Shown: positions 50,286 to 60,164, numbered from the stretch's first letter. The stretch is DNA of 64,000 bases from Novosphingobium sp. (GCA_040007615.1 JBDTUQ010000002.1:29427-93426); one strand, 5' to 3'. The notes: generated by a model not told the origin, from the sequence alone. Made by a program: numbers and translations.

Positions 50286-53042
50286 GTGAGCGACGAAACA
50301 GACACACTCCCCACCCCGTCACCCGCCGGGGAATACCAGCGCATCGACATCGTCGACGAGATGAAGACCAGTTATCTCGACTATGCGATGAGCGTGATTG
50401 TCAGCCGCGCGCTGCCCGATGTGCGCGACGGGTTAAAGCCCGTCCACCGCCGCATATTGTTTGCCGCGCAGGAAGGCGGCATGGTCGCCGGGCGGCCTTA
50501 TCGCAAGTGCGCCAAGATCGTTGGCGACGTGATGGGCAACTATCACCCGCACGGCGACAGCGCGATCTACATGGCCCTTGTCCGCATGGCGCAGGACTGG
50601 TCAATGCGCGTGCCGCTGGTCGATGGCCAGGGCAACTTCGGGTCGATGGACCCCGACATGCCGGCCTCGATGCGCTATACCGAAGCGCGTCTGGCCAAAG
50701 TGGCGAACAGCCTGCTGGACGATCTCGACAAGAACACCGTTGATTTTATCGACAACTATGACGGTTCGCGGTCCGAGCCGACCGTGCTTCCGGCCCGGTT
50801 CCCGAACCTGCTGGTCAACGGCGCGGGCGGCATTGCCGTCGGCATGGCTACCAACATTCCGCCGCATAATCTGGGCGAAGTGATCGACGGCTGCCTTGCC
50901 TATATTGAAGATCCGGCGATCACGACCGAGCAACTGTACGAAATCATCCCCGGCCCGGATTTCCCCACCGCGCCGATCATTCTGGGCACCCACGGCGCGC
51001 GTTCGGCCTATCTGACCGGGCGCGGATCAATCCTGCAACGCTGCCGCCATGTGATCGAGGAAGGCCGGGGTGACCGCCGCTCCATCGTGTTGACGTCCAT
51101 CCCCTATCAGGTCGGCAAATCCGGCCTCGTTGAAAAGATCGCCGAGGCCGCCAAGGACAAGCGGATTGAGGGCGTTTCCGACATCCGCGACGAATCAAGC
51201 CGCATGGGCGTGCGCGTGGTGATCGACCTGAAGCGCGATGCCACGCCCGAAGTGGTGCTCAACCAACTCTGGCGGCACACCCCGGCGCAATCGAGCTTTC
51301 CGGCGAACATGCTGGCGATCCGTGGCGGCCGCCCGGAAACGCTGGCGCTGCGCGACATCATCGCCGCGTTCATCACCTTCCGCGAAGAAGTCATCACCCG
51401 CCGCACCAAGTTTGAACTGAACAAGGCGCGCGACCGGGCGCATCTGTTGCTGGGTCTGGTGATCGCGGTCACCAATCTGGACGAGGTTGTCCGCATCATT
51501 CGCGGCGCTCCGAACCCCGCCGCCGCCCGCGCCGCCCTGCTCGCCCGCGAATGGCCGATAGGCGAAATCGCGCCCTACATCCGTCTGGTCGAAGCGATCG
51601 AGGATGATGCCGAGGATATGTCGGGCAGCGTCTATCGCATGTCCGAATTGCAGGTAAAGGCGATCCTTGACCTGCGCCTCCACCGCCTGACCGCGATGGG
51701 CCGGGACGAGATTGGCGGCGAACTGGAAGAGCTTTCCATCGCCATCAAGGAATTCCTGTCGATCCTTGGCGACCGGGTAAAGCTGTACGGTGTCATGCGC
51801 GATGAACTGGTGGCCGTGCGCGCCCAGTTCGCCACCCCGCGCGTCTCGCAGATCGCCCCCGCGTGGGACGGGATAGACGACGAGGAACTGATCGAGCGTG
51901 AGGACATGGTCGTCACTGTCACGCTTGACGGCTATATCAAGCGCACGCCGCTCTCCACTTTCCGCGCACAGAGCCGTGGCGGCAAGGGCCGTTCAGGCAT
52001 GGCGACCAAGGAAGAAGATGCCGTGGCGACCATGTTCGTCACCTCTACGCACAACCCGGTGTTGTTCTTCTCCACTTCGGGCAAGGTTTACCGCCTGAAA
52101 GTGTGGAAGCTGCCCGAAGGCGGCCCGGCCACGCGCGGTCGGCCGATAGTCAACCTGCTCCCGGCGCTCGACAAGGATGAGACGGTCGCCACCGTGCTGG
52201 CCTTGCCCGAAGATGAGGCCGAATGGGGAAAACTGTCGGTCGTGTTTGCCACGGCCAAGGGCAGCGTGCGGCGCAATTCGATGGATTCGTTTGCAAACAT
52301 TCCATCAAACGGCAAGTTCGCCATGCGCTTTGACGAAGACTCGGCTGACCGTCTGATCGGCGTCGCCCTGCTCGATCCGACTGATGACGTGCTGCTGGCG
52401 ACCCGCGCGGGCAAGGCGATCCGCTTTGCCGGTGATGAAGTGCGCGAGTTTACCAGCCGCACCTCCACCGGCGTGCGCGGCATGGTGCTGAAGGGCGCGG
52501 ATGAGGTTATCTCGCTGTCGATCCTGCACCGCGTCGGCACCAATGCGGAAGAGCGCGAGCAGTATCTGCGCTTCGCCCCGTGGAAGGGTGAGCGCGAGGG
52601 TGATTGCGAACTGACGCCTGAACGCCTGGCCGAATTGGCAGAGCGCGAGCAGTTCATCCTGACGGTATGCGCCAATGGCTATGGCAAGCTGTCGTCGGCT
52701 TATGAATACCGCCGCACGGGTCGCGGCGGACAGGGCATCACCAATATCGACAACATTGCCCGCAACGGGCCTGTGGTTGCCAGCTTCCCCGCCGCGCAGG
52801 CCGATCAGTTGATGCTCGTCACCGATCAGGCCAAGTTGATCCGCCTGCCGCTGGAAACGCTGCGTGTGATTGGTCGCGGCAGCGCCGGGGTTCGGCTGTT
52901 CAACGTCGCCAATGACGAACACGTCGTCAGCGCGGTGAGGCTGGCTGATGATGGGGCTGAGGTTGTGGACGGCGTTTTGGAGGGCGCAGAAGGCGAAGTT
53001 GCGATTGTCGTTCCAGAAACTGGTCCCGAAACTGAAGATTGA
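50286..53042 (+). CDS. gyrA: DNA gyrase subunit A
   Basis: [29 protein letters not shown] catalytic Tyr, and GyrA-box QSRGGKG. Confidence 0.98.
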   Translation: MSDETDTLPTPSPAGEYQRIDIVDEMKTSYLDYAMSVIVSRALPDVRDGLKPVHRRILFAAQEGGMVAGRPYRKCAKIVGDVMGNYHPHGDSAIYMALVRMAQDWSMRVPLVDGQGNFGSMDPDMPASMRYTEARLAKVANSLLDDLDKNTVDFIDNYDGSRSEPTVLPARFPNLLVNGAGGIAVGMATNIPPHNLGEVIDGCLAYIEDPAITTEQLYEIIPGPDFPTAPIILGTHGARSAYLTGRGSILQRCRHVIEEGRGDRRSIVLTSIPYQVGKSGLVEKIAEAAKDKRIEGVSDIRDESSRMGVRVVIDLKRDATPEVVLNQLWRHTPAQSSFPANMLAIRGGRPETLALRDIIAAFITFREEVITRRTKFELNKARDRAHLLLGLVIAVTNLDEVVRIIRGAPNPAAARAALLAREWPIGEIAPYIRLVEAIEDDAEDMSGSVYRMSELQVKAILDLRLHRLTAMGRDEIGGELEELSIAIKEFLSILGDRVKLYGVMRDELVAVRAQFATPRVSQIAPAWDGIDDEELIEREDMVVTVTLDGYIKRTPLSTFRAQSRGGKGRSGMATKEEDAVATMFVTSTHNPVLFFSTSGKVYRLKVWKLPEGGPATRGRPIVNLLPALDKDETVATVLALPEDEAEWGKLSVVFATAKGSVRRNSMDSFANIPSNGKFAMRFDEDSADRLIGVALLDPTDDVLLATRAGKAIRFAGDEVREFTSRTSTGVRGMVLKGADEVISLSILHRVGTNAEEREQYLRFAPWKGEREGDCELTPERLAELAEREQFILTVCANGYGKLSSAYEYRRTGRGGQGITNIDNIARNGPVVASFPAAQADQLMLVTDQAKLIRLPLETLRVIGRGSAGVRLFNVANDEHVVSAVRLADDGAEVVDGVLEGAEGEVAIVVPETGPETED

Positions 53043-53082
53043 TGCAGAGGGGAATAGGGGCGCAATCTTACCCCTAATCCGA

Positions 53083-53192
53083 TACCCTGAGCTTGTCGAA
53101 GGGCTGTACTTGTTCTTTGAGATGGGCGCTCAGATCAAATCTAAGGACAGCCCTTGGGCTACGCCCGCCTTCGGCACGACAAGCTCAGGGTA
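53083..53192. repeat. REP-like palindromic intergenic element
   Basis: Perfect 16-bp terminal inverted repeat: TACCCTGAGCTTGTCG (53083-53098) and CGACAAGCTCAGGGTA (53177-53192). Confidence 0.8.
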
Positions 53193-53232
53193 GGCGGGGT
53201 TTTGGGATGGGCCGGGAATAGAGGCAGTTGGT

Positions 53233-53586
53233 ATGGGTGTTTTGCCGCAGATAGCCTACAAGGTTCTGACCGCACCGCAGATGGCGGAACTCGAAACGAA
53301 CGCAGTATTCCTTGGCGCTCCGGTCGATCTGGCGGATGGCTATATTCACTTGTCCACCGCTGATCAGTTGGGCGAGACGGTGGACAAGCATTTCGCCGGG
53401 CAGCACGATTTGCATGTGGTTGCCGTCGATCTGGAGGCACTTGGCAATGCGGTGAAGTGGGAGCCATCTCGTGGCGGGGCCTTGTTCCCGCACATCTACG
53501 GCCCGCTGCCGCTCAGCGCCGTGCTCGCCTATGGACCGCTTGAGCGTGAGGCAGACGGCGCGATCAAGCTTCCCGTCACTGGCTGA
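53233..53586 (+). CDS. DUF952 family protein
   Basis: AYKVLT, DLADGYIHLST, KWEPSRGGALFPHIYG motifs. Confidence 0.88.
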   Translation: MGVLPQIAYKVLTAPQMAELETNAVFLGAPVDLADGYIHLSTADQLGETVDKHFAGQHDLHVVAVDLEALGNAVKWEPSRGGALFPHIYGPLPLSAVLAYGPLEREADGAIKLPVTG

Positions 53587-53590
53587 CGCA

Positions 53591-54751
53591 ATGCCGCTCC
53601 ACCCGATCTACGCAGGCATGGGCACGACCATTTTCGAGCATATGTCGGCGCTTTGCCGCGATGGTACGCGGATCAACCTTGGTCAGGGCTTTCCCGATGA
53701 TAACGGCCCGCCCGAACTGATCGAAGCGGCGGCGCGGGCGCTGCGGGATCGGTCGAACCAGTATCCCCCCAGCGCCGGGGTGCCCGAACTGCGCGATGCC
53801 TTGGCCGCATTTTACGCAGACACCCAAGGCCTGCCGCTCACCCGCGAACAGGTCATCGTCACCTCTGGCGCGACCGAGGCCATTGCCGCCGCGATCTTGG
53901 CCGTGGTCCAACCCGGCGACGAAGTGCTCCTGTTCGCCCCGGCCTATGATGCCTATGCGCCGATGGTCCTCCGCGCGGGCGGGGTGCCGGTGTTCATCCC
54001 CCTCGCCCCGCCGCACTGGCGCTATGAGCGTGAGGCGATCGAGCGCGCGATCACCCCGCGCACTCGCGCGATGATCGTCAACGATCCACTGAACCCCAGC
54101 GGCAGCGTCGCTTCGTCAGAGGAACTGGCGATGCTGGCCGACCTGTGCCTCAGCCATGACATAATCGTCATCTGCGACGAAGTGTGGGAGGCCGTGCGGT
54201 TTGGCGGGCAGGCGCACCGATCAATGCTATCGCTGCCGGGCATGGCCTCCCGCGCAATCAAGATCGGATCGGCGGGCAAGATTTTCGGGCTGACCGGGTG
54301 GAAGATTGGCTGGCTCTGCGCCGCGCCTGAATTGGCGGCAGTGTTGACCCGCGCCCACCAGTTCCTGACCTTTACCACCCCGCCCGCTCTGCAATATGCC
54401 GTGGCCGAGGGGCTGGGAATGCCGCAAGTCATGGCGGCGCAGCACCGCACCTGGGCGGCCTCGCGCGATCATCTGGGAGAGCTGCTGACTGCCGCCGGGT
54501 TTGCCGTCCTGGAGAGCGCCGCGACCTGGTTCCGCTGCATCGACCTGCCGGGATCGGGCATTTCGCTGGACGACCGCACCTTTGCCGACCGCGCGGTGGA
54601 GGAAGGCGGCGTGGCGACTATCCCGCTGTCGCCTTTCTACGAAAGGCCAGCTGTCAGCACCGTGCTGCGCCTATGCCATTGCAAACCGCTGGCCCTGCTG
54701 GATGAGGGCGTGCGCCGCCTGTCTGCCTTTCGCGACAGTCTGCGCACATGA
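53591..54751 (+). CDS. PLP-dependent class I/II aminotransferase (YbdL-like)
   Basis: INLGQGFPD, NDPLNPSG, CDEVW and SAGKIFGLTGWKIG motifs. Confidence 0.92.
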   Translation: MPLHPIYAGMGTTIFEHMSALCRDGTRINLGQGFPDDNGPPELIEAAARALRDRSNQYPPSAGVPELRDALAAFYADTQGLPLTREQVIVTSGATEAIAAAILAVVQPGDEVLLFAPAYDAYAPMVLRAGGVPVFIPLAPPHWRYEREAIERAITPRTRAMIVNDPLNPSGSVASSEELAMLADLCLSHDIIVICDEVWEAVRFGGQAHRSMLSLPGMASRAIKIGSAGKIFGLTGWKIGWLCAAPELAAVLTRAHQFLTFTTPPALQYAVAEGLGMPQVMAAQHRTWAASRDHLGELLTAAGFAVLESAATWFRCIDLPGSGISLDDRTFADRAVEEGGVATIPLSPFYERPAVSTVLRLCHCKPLALLDEGVRRLSAFRDSLRT

Positions 54752-55113
54752 TTCCCGGCCTTCAGATCCGTGTGCGCATCCATTGCGGTGAAGAGATCGC
54801 GATGGGGCCGGGCAAGGCCGATTTGCTCGATGCCATCGCCGCCCACGGTTCGATTTCCGCCGCCGCCCGCGCAATGGGGATGAGCTATCGGCGGGCGTGG
54901 CTGCTGGTCGACGTGATGAACCGCTGCTGGCGCGAACCGCTGGTGGAAACCGCGCCGGGCGGCGGCGCGTGGGTCAGTGTGTTCGGCGTGGCGACGCTGG
55001 CCGGATACCGGGCGATCCAGACAGCAGCGGAAAGCGCAGGGGGGCGGGAAACCTGGACGGATTTGCAGGCCACTCTGCTGGCCCTTCCCCGCGCGCATCA
55101 GGGCGAAGATTAA
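54748..55113 (+). CDS. modE: Short ModE-like regulator (winged HTH only)
   Basis: MGPGKADLLDAIAAHGSISAAARAMGMSYRRAWLLVDVMN; 121 aa with no TOBE/Mop domain. Confidence 0.88.
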   Translation: MIPGLQIRVRIHCGEEIAMGPGKADLLDAIAAHGSISAAARAMGMSYRRAWLLVDVMNRCWREPLVETAPGGGAWVSVFGVATLAGYRAIQTAAESAGGRETWTDLQATLLALPRAHQGED

Positions 55114-55733
55114 ACCATTTCCACGATCTGCCCGGCCAGCCGATCTACCTCGGCACGGTCGTGGCTGACGTAGAGGATCGGCAGGCGCAGTTCGTCGCGT
55201 ATGCGCTCGATTACCGCCATGATCTCGTCGCGGCGGGGGGCATCGAGCGAGGATAGCGGCTCGTCCATCAACAGGAACTTCGGACCCGAAAGCAGCGCCC
55301 GGCCAATCGCCACCCGTTGCGCCTCGCCGCCCGACAGGCTGCGCGGTGAGCGGGCAAGCAGGTGTCCGATGCCGAGAAAATCCACCGCAGCGTCAAAATC
55401 CAGCCAGCGGCGCGCAGGCGGCGCGAGGTTCCAGCCATAGAGCAGGTTCGCCTGCACGCTGCGATGCGGGAACAGGCGGTTGTCCTGAAAAACATAACCG
55501 CAGGCGCGGCGTTCGGGCGGCAGGTTTATGCGCGCGGCGGAGTCGAACAGCACCTGCCCGCCCACCACGATCCTGCCCGCGTCCGGCCTCAGCAGTCCGC
55601 TGACCATGTCCAGCACCGAGGTTTTACCTGCACCAGATGGGCCGAACAGCGCGGTCAGCCCTTCCCCCGCCGAGCAGCGCAGGGCCACGGTGCGCGCGCC
55701 CCGGCGGCAGGTGACATCAATGTCAAAGGACAT
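55110..55733 (-). CDS. modC: Molybdate ABC transporter ATPase (207 aa, no TOBE domain)
   Basis: LFGPSGAGKT, GYVFQDNRLFPH, LSGGEAQRVAIGRALL and LYVSHD motifs. Confidence 0.92.
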   Translation of the reverse strand: MSFDIDVTCRRGARTVALRCSAGEGLTALFGPSGAGKTSVLDMVSGLLRPDAGRIVVGGQVLFDSAARINLPPERRACGYVFQDNRLFPHRSVQANLLYGWNLAPPARRWLDFDAAVDFLGIGHLLARSPRSLSGGEAQRVAIGRALLSGPKFLLMDEPLSSLDAPRRDEIMAVIERIRDELRLPILYVSHDRAEVDRLAGQIVEMV

Positions 55734-56433
55734 GGGCGTCGCCCTTGCCCATACCCAGAACCGGCCCCCTCCCCAGCCATTCGGAAAGCACCAGCGCGCC
55801 CAGTGACAGCGCCACCGAAATCGCCGCCAGCCGGGTGACCATCGCCTCACCCCCCGGCTGCTGCAGGGCTGCGTAGATCGCCAGTGGCAAGGTCTGCGTC
55901 TCACCGGGAATGCTGGAAACGAAGGTGATCGTCGCGCCGAACTCGCCCAGCGAGCGGGCAAATCCCAGCACTGCCGCCGCCGCAATTCCGGGCAGGCACA
56001 GCGGCAGGGTGATCGTCCAGAAACAGCGCCACGGCCCCGCCCCCAGCGTTCGCGCGGCCCCTTCAAGCCGGCGATCCACCGCTTCCAGCGACAGCCGGAT
56101 AGCGCGCACCATCAGCGGCAGCGCCATGACTGCCGCCGCCAGCGCCGCCCCGGTCCAGCGGAACATCAGCGTCACGCCGAACCACTGCTCAAGCGTGCGT
56201 CCGACGGGACCGTTCGCACCGAACAGGATCAGCAGCAGCCAGCCGGTGACGACCGGAGGCACCACCAGCGGCAAGTGAACCAGCGCATCGACCAGCAAGC
56301 GGCCCGGAAAGCGCCGCCTCGCCAGCAACCAGGCCAGCGCAAAGGCCAGCGGCATCGTCAGCACAATCGCCGCGCCGCTGACTTTCAGCGATAGCATCAC
56401 GACTTGCCATTCAGCGGGAGACAAGACTAGCAA
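55723..56433 (-). CDS. modB: Molybdate ABC transporter permease
   Basis: LPLVVPPVVTG, EGAARTLGA, FARSLGEFGAT and TLPLAIY motifs. Confidence 0.93.
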   Translation of the reverse strand: MLVLSPAEWQVVMLSLKVSGAAIVLTMPLAFALAWLLARRRFPGRLLVDALVHLPLVVPPVVTGWLLLILFGANGPVGRTLEQWFGVTLMFRWTGAALAAAVMALPLMVRAIRLSLEAVDRRLEGAARTLGAGPWRCFWTITLPLCLPGIAAAAVLGFARSLGEFGATITFVSSIPGETQTLPLAIYAALQQPGGEAMVTRLAAISVALSLGALVLSEWLGRGPVLGMGKGDAHVL

Positions 56434-56437
56434 AGGG

Positions 56438-57217
56438 TCAGGGCCTGCCGAAACCGTGGCGGCGCAGGATCGCCTGTCCAGCCGGCGACACGAGGAAACG
56501 CCGGAAAGCCTCACCCTCTGGGTTGGTAGACCGGGTGGGAATGGCCGCTGGATAAACGATGGCCGGATGGCTGCTGGCCGGAAACTCGCCCACTACCATC
56601 ACGCCCGGCTGGGCCAGCGCGTCGGTGGCATAGACCACGCCTAGCGGCACCTCGCCCCGGCTGACCAGCATCAAAGCCTCGCGGACGCTGCCCGAACGGG
56701 TGACGCGCCCTTGCACGGATGGCCAGACGCCCAGCGACGAAAGCGCCGCTCGGGCATATCGACCTGCGGGCACCGCGTCCTGATCTGCCATCGCCAGCCG
56801 TCCCGCGCCTATCGCCCGTGCCAATGCGAATCCGGGAGAAATGGCAAGGCGCTGTGGCCGGGCCTTAGGCGCGATCAGGACCAGCCGGTTGGTTGCTATC
56901 ACCCGGGCTGGCGGGCGGACGAGTCTGCGCGCCGCAAGATAATCCATCCACTCCGCGTCGGCTGCCACAAACAGGTCTGCCGGCGCGCCTGCTTCGATCT
57001 GCCGGGCCAGCGCGGACGTGGCGGCAAAGGCCAGGACCGGGCGCGGGTGTCTGGTTCGGGTGAATGCATCAGCGGCGTCACTCAGCGCTTCCTGCAAGCT
57101 GGCTGCGGCGAGCACCACTGGCGCGCGGGGCGCAGCGTCTGCACGCAAGCCCGGCAAGGCCAGTGCCAAAGCCATTGCGCCTATCAATGCACGAACGATC
57201 CACACCAGAAACGACAC
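56438..57217 (-). CDS. modA: Molybdate-binding periplasmic protein
   Basis: VLAAASL, FAATSALARQIEAGAPAD, VPAGRYA and GVVYATDA motifs. Confidence 0.93.
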   Translation of the reverse strand: MSFLVWIVRALIGAMALALALPGLRADAAPRAPVVLAAASLQEALSDAADAFTRTRHPRPVLAFAATSALARQIEAGAPADLFVAADAEWMDYLAARRLVRPPARVIATNRLVLIAPKARPQRLAISPGFALARAIGAGRLAMADQDAVPAGRYARAALSSLGVWPSVQGRVTRSGSVREALMLVSRGEVPLGVVYATDALAQPGVMVVGEFPASSHPAIVYPAAIPTRSTNPEGEAFRRFLVSPAGQAILRRHGFGRP

Positions 57218-57240
57218 CCTTCCTCAGGCAGGCAATGTGC

Positions 57241-57268
57241 CCATCTATATCTGGCTGTATATAGATGG
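57241..57268. promoter_or_regulatory. ModE-type operator
   Basis: Perfect dyad CCATCTATAT-N8-ATATAGATGG, 24 bp upstream of modA; fits the known TATAT-N7-TATAT ModE consensus. Confidence 0.8.
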
Positions 57269-57369
57269 CTTTGGCACTCCGCCAGACCTGTTAGGAGACA
57301 AGCAGATTATTGCCTGCACGCGCCGGATGGGCCATTGGGTCCGGCAGGCCGCAAAGGGAGTGTTTCACT

Positions 57370-57864
57370 ATGAGCGAAATGGCAATCGAGGCGGCGACTT
57401 ACCGGCAGGTGCTTGGCTATTACCCGACCGGAGTCTGCGTGATCACCGCGCTGGACCAGCAGGCCAGCCCCTGCGGCATGGTCGTCGGAACGTTCACATC
57501 GGTTTCACTCGATCCGCCACTGGTCGGCTTTCTGCCAGACAAGCGGTCATCAAGCTGGTCAGTGATCGAGCAGGCCGGGCATTTCTGTGTCAATGTCCTG
57601 GCGGATGACCAGATGGAACTGTGCCGCAAGCTGTCGGTCAGCGGCCCGGACAAGTTCACCGGCGTGGAATATACCGTGTCGGCGCACGACCTGCCGATCC
57701 TGGCAGGGGCAATGGTCTCGATCGAATGCCGGTTGCATTCGGTGATCGATGCGGGCGACCACTGGTTCGTACTTGGCCACGTGCTCGGCCTTGAAGCCTT
57801 GCGCGATGGCGACCCGATGCTGTTCCATCGCGGCAAATACGGCAGCTTTGCCCAAACAAGCTAA
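57370..57864 (+). CDS. Flavin reductase-like protein (HpaC/RutF family)
   Basis: YPTGVCVIT, FTSVSLDPPLV, FCVNVL and AGDHWFVLG motifs. Confidence 0.92.
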   Translation: MSEMAIEAATYRQVLGYYPTGVCVITALDQQASPCGMVVGTFTSVSLDPPLVGFLPDKRSSSWSVIEQAGHFCVNVLADDQMELCRKLSVSGPDKFTGVEYTVSAHDLPILAGAMVSIECRLHSVIDAGDHWFVLGHVLGLEALRDGDPMLFHRGKYGSFAQTS

Positions 57865-58010
57865 GAAGACACACAATCTAACAAAATAGCCCCATCGCCC
57901 CGGCGCTCTGGTCAATGATTGCCCTGACCCACACTTGACAGTGCCCGCCCATTCGCTGTCCACATGTTCAGCATAAACCGGTCAGTACCGGCGCGGGAGA
58001 GCGATACGAC

Positions 58011-58226
58011 ATGACACGATCACTGAACGGCCGGGTTGTCGTGATAACCGGCGGCGGCTCAGGCATTGGTCGCAGCATCGCCCTGCGCCTTGCCGAAGAT
58101 GCCGCCAAAGTGGCGATCTGGGACATCAACCTCGCCGGTGCCGCCTACCTAGCGTCAGAAGAAGCCAGCTATATCACCGGGCAGACGATCAGCACCAACG
58201 GCGGGCGCGACATGGGCTCGCACTGA
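58011..58226 (+). pseudogene. SDR oxidoreductase with a large in-frame internal deletion
   Basis: Rossmann start (VITGGGSGIG...WDINLAGA) joined directly to an SDR C-terminus (AYLASEEASYITGQTISTNGG); no YxxxK; 71 aa. Confidence 0.85.
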
Positions 58227-58255
58227 GGCGGGCACCCGTTCCAATTCCCGATGGC

Positions 58256-59134
58256 CTATTCCCAGACCCATTCATCGCGGGGAATGCCAAGCAGATCCAG
58301 CACACCGGTCAGGTCGCCGCGATCGACCCAGCCATTGGCTGCCGCCCGCGCCTTGGGCTTGGCCAGAAAGGCGATGCCATAAGTTGCGACTTGCAGCATC
58401 GGGATGTCATTGGCGCCGTCACCGGTCGCCAGTGACACCGCGTTCGTGCCGACGAGCGCGGATTGCTCTTCCAGCAGGCGCTGCTTGACTGCGCTATCGA
58501 CGATCGGCCCGGTCAGCCCTCCAGTCAGTTCGCCGTTTGCGATTTCAAGCCGGTTGCCGACCACCATGTCGAAACCCAGTTCCTCGGCAACGGGATCGGC
58601 AAACTGGTGAAAGCCGCCAGTCACCAGCACGGTCTTGCAACCCTTGGCCTTAAGAGTCGCCACTAGCACCTTGGCACCGGGCATTGCGGTGATGCGGGTA
58701 TCGAGACACTCTTGGATCGCGCTTTCGTTAAGCCCGCGCAGCAGGGCGACCCGCTCAAGCAGCGCGCTCTTGAAATCGAGTTCGCCCTGCATCGCGCGCT
58801 CGGTAATCTCTGCGATCTGCGGCTTGATCCCGGCAAAATCGGCCAATTCGTCAATACATTCAGCGGCGATCATGGTGGAGTCCATGTCGCTGACGAATAC
58901 CTGCGGCACCACGGGCTCATGGTCGGCGATCAGCATGTCGCTGGGCGAAAACCGCGCGTCGAGCACTGCCGCCAGTGATCCGGCGTCACCGCCCGCCACG
59001 GACATCTGAATGCCGCCGGGTATTGCCAGCTCGCTCACCGTCGCCGTCATTCCTTGCGCCGCAAGATCGGCGAGCGCCTTGTCAAGATTTGCGGACAGCG
59101 CGTCCACTTCTGCTATCAGCCGCGCAATGAGCAC
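58256..59134 (-). CDS. serB: Phosphoserine phosphatase
   Basis: SDMDSTMIAAECIDELA, ITERAMQGELDF, LVTGGF and GDGANDIPM motifs. Confidence 0.94.
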   Translation of the reverse strand: MLIARLIAEVDALSANLDKALADLAAQGMTATVSELAIPGGIQMSVAGGDAGSLAAVLDARFSPSDMLIADHEPVVPQVFVSDMDSTMIAAECIDELADFAGIKPQIAEITERAMQGELDFKSALLERVALLRGLNESAIQECLDTRITAMPGAKVLVATLKAKGCKTVLVTGGFHQFADPVAEELGFDMVVGNRLEIANGELTGGLTGPIVDSAVKQRLLEEQSALVGTNAVSLATGDGANDIPMLQVATYGIAFLAKPKARAAANGWVDRGDLTGVLDLLGIPRDEWVWE

Positions 59135-60086
59135 CGAAGATTCCCTTTCCAATGATGCGATCCTGCCGCCGCTGGCGCTCATTGCAGGGCCGACCGCCAG
59201 CGGCAAGAGCGATCTTGCCGTGCGGCTGGCTTTGGCATTGGCCAGACAAGGCCGCCGGGCCGTGGTGATCAATGCCGATAGCGCGCAAGTCTATGCCGAC
59301 CTGTCCATCATCAGCGCCCGGCCAACTGTGGAAGAAATGCAGGGCGTGGAGCACCGCCTGTTCGGCACATGGGACGGCGCACAAGCCTGCTCCGCTGCGC
59401 AGTGGGCGGCGGCGGCGGCCGGGGAAGTAGCCGCCTGCCAAGCGCAAGGCGATATCCCCATTCTGGTAGGCGGGACCGGGCTTTACATCACGACCTTGAT
59501 TGACGGCATTGCCCCGATGCCCGCTATCGAACCTGCCGTTCGCGAGGCCGTTCGCGCCATGCCGCTGGCCGAAGCACATGCCGCGCTGCAGAGGGAAGAC
59601 CCCGAACGCGCTGCCGTGCTTTCCGCCAATGACAGCGCCCGCGTGCGCCGCGCGCTGGAGGTCGTGCGCTCCACGGGTCAGGGCATGGCACATTGGCACA
59701 GCGCACGCAACGGCGGCATCGGCGGGTCGGTGCGCCTGCATCCGGCCATCCTCTTGCCCGCTCGCGAATGGCTCTATCCCCGCTGCGACTTGCGCTTTGC
59801 CCGCATGGTTGAACGCGGGGCTGTCGAAGAGGTCCGGGCGCTGCTGGGGCGCGGCCTTGATCCTGCCTTGCCGGTCATGCGGGCGATTGGCGTTCCCGAA
59901 CTGGCCGATTATACACGCGGCCTTGCCAGCCTGGCCCAAACGCAGGACCGGGGCGCGCAAGCTACGCGGAACTATGCGAAGCGGCAATATACGTGGTTTC
60001 GCCGTCAATTGCCCGCCGACTGGCCTCGATTTGAGGCAGAAAGTTTCGGCGCTGAACATATATTTGAATTATTATTACAAGGTTAG
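59127..60086 (+). CDS. miaA: tRNA dimethylallyltransferase
   Basis: IAGPTASGKS, INADSAQVY, VGGTGLY and TRNYAKRQYTWFR motifs. Confidence 0.95.
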   Translation: MSTEDSLSNDAILPPLALIAGPTASGKSDLAVRLALALARQGRRAVVINADSAQVYADLSIISARPTVEEMQGVEHRLFGTWDGAQACSAAQWAAAAAGEVAACQAQGDIPILVGGTGLYITTLIDGIAPMPAIEPAVREAVRAMPLAEAHAALQREDPERAAVLSANDSARVRRALEVVRSTGQGMAHWHSARNGGIGGSVRLHPAILLPAREWLYPRCDLRFARMVERGAVEEVRALLGRGLDPALPVMRAIGVPELADYTRGLASLAQTQDRGAQATRNYAKRQYTWFRRQLPADWPRFEAESFGAEHIFELLLQG

Positions 60087-60089
60087 GGG

Positions 60090-60118
60090 TTGACGCGATT
60101 TTTCCTTTCGCCTACCGG
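60090..60118 (+). promoter_or_regulatory. Candidate RpoD promoter for the ilvB operon
   Basis: TTGACG-N17-TACCGG, an alphaproteobacterial-type -35/-10 pair, ~45 nt upstream of the ATG. Confidence 0.45.
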
Positions 60119-60164
60119 CCCGCAACGATCGGTTCGAACGTAAGGGCCGCGCAGGAAATCGAAT

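Noticed and set aside
57960-57990. TAAACCGGTCAGTA as a TetR-type operator before the SDR remnant
   Set aside because: Only one good half-site; too weak to call.
60087-60164. Leader-peptide attenuator upstream of ilvB
   Set aside because: Only ~40 nt lie between the likely promoter and the ATG; I saw no Ile/Val/Leu-rich mini-ORF or terminator.
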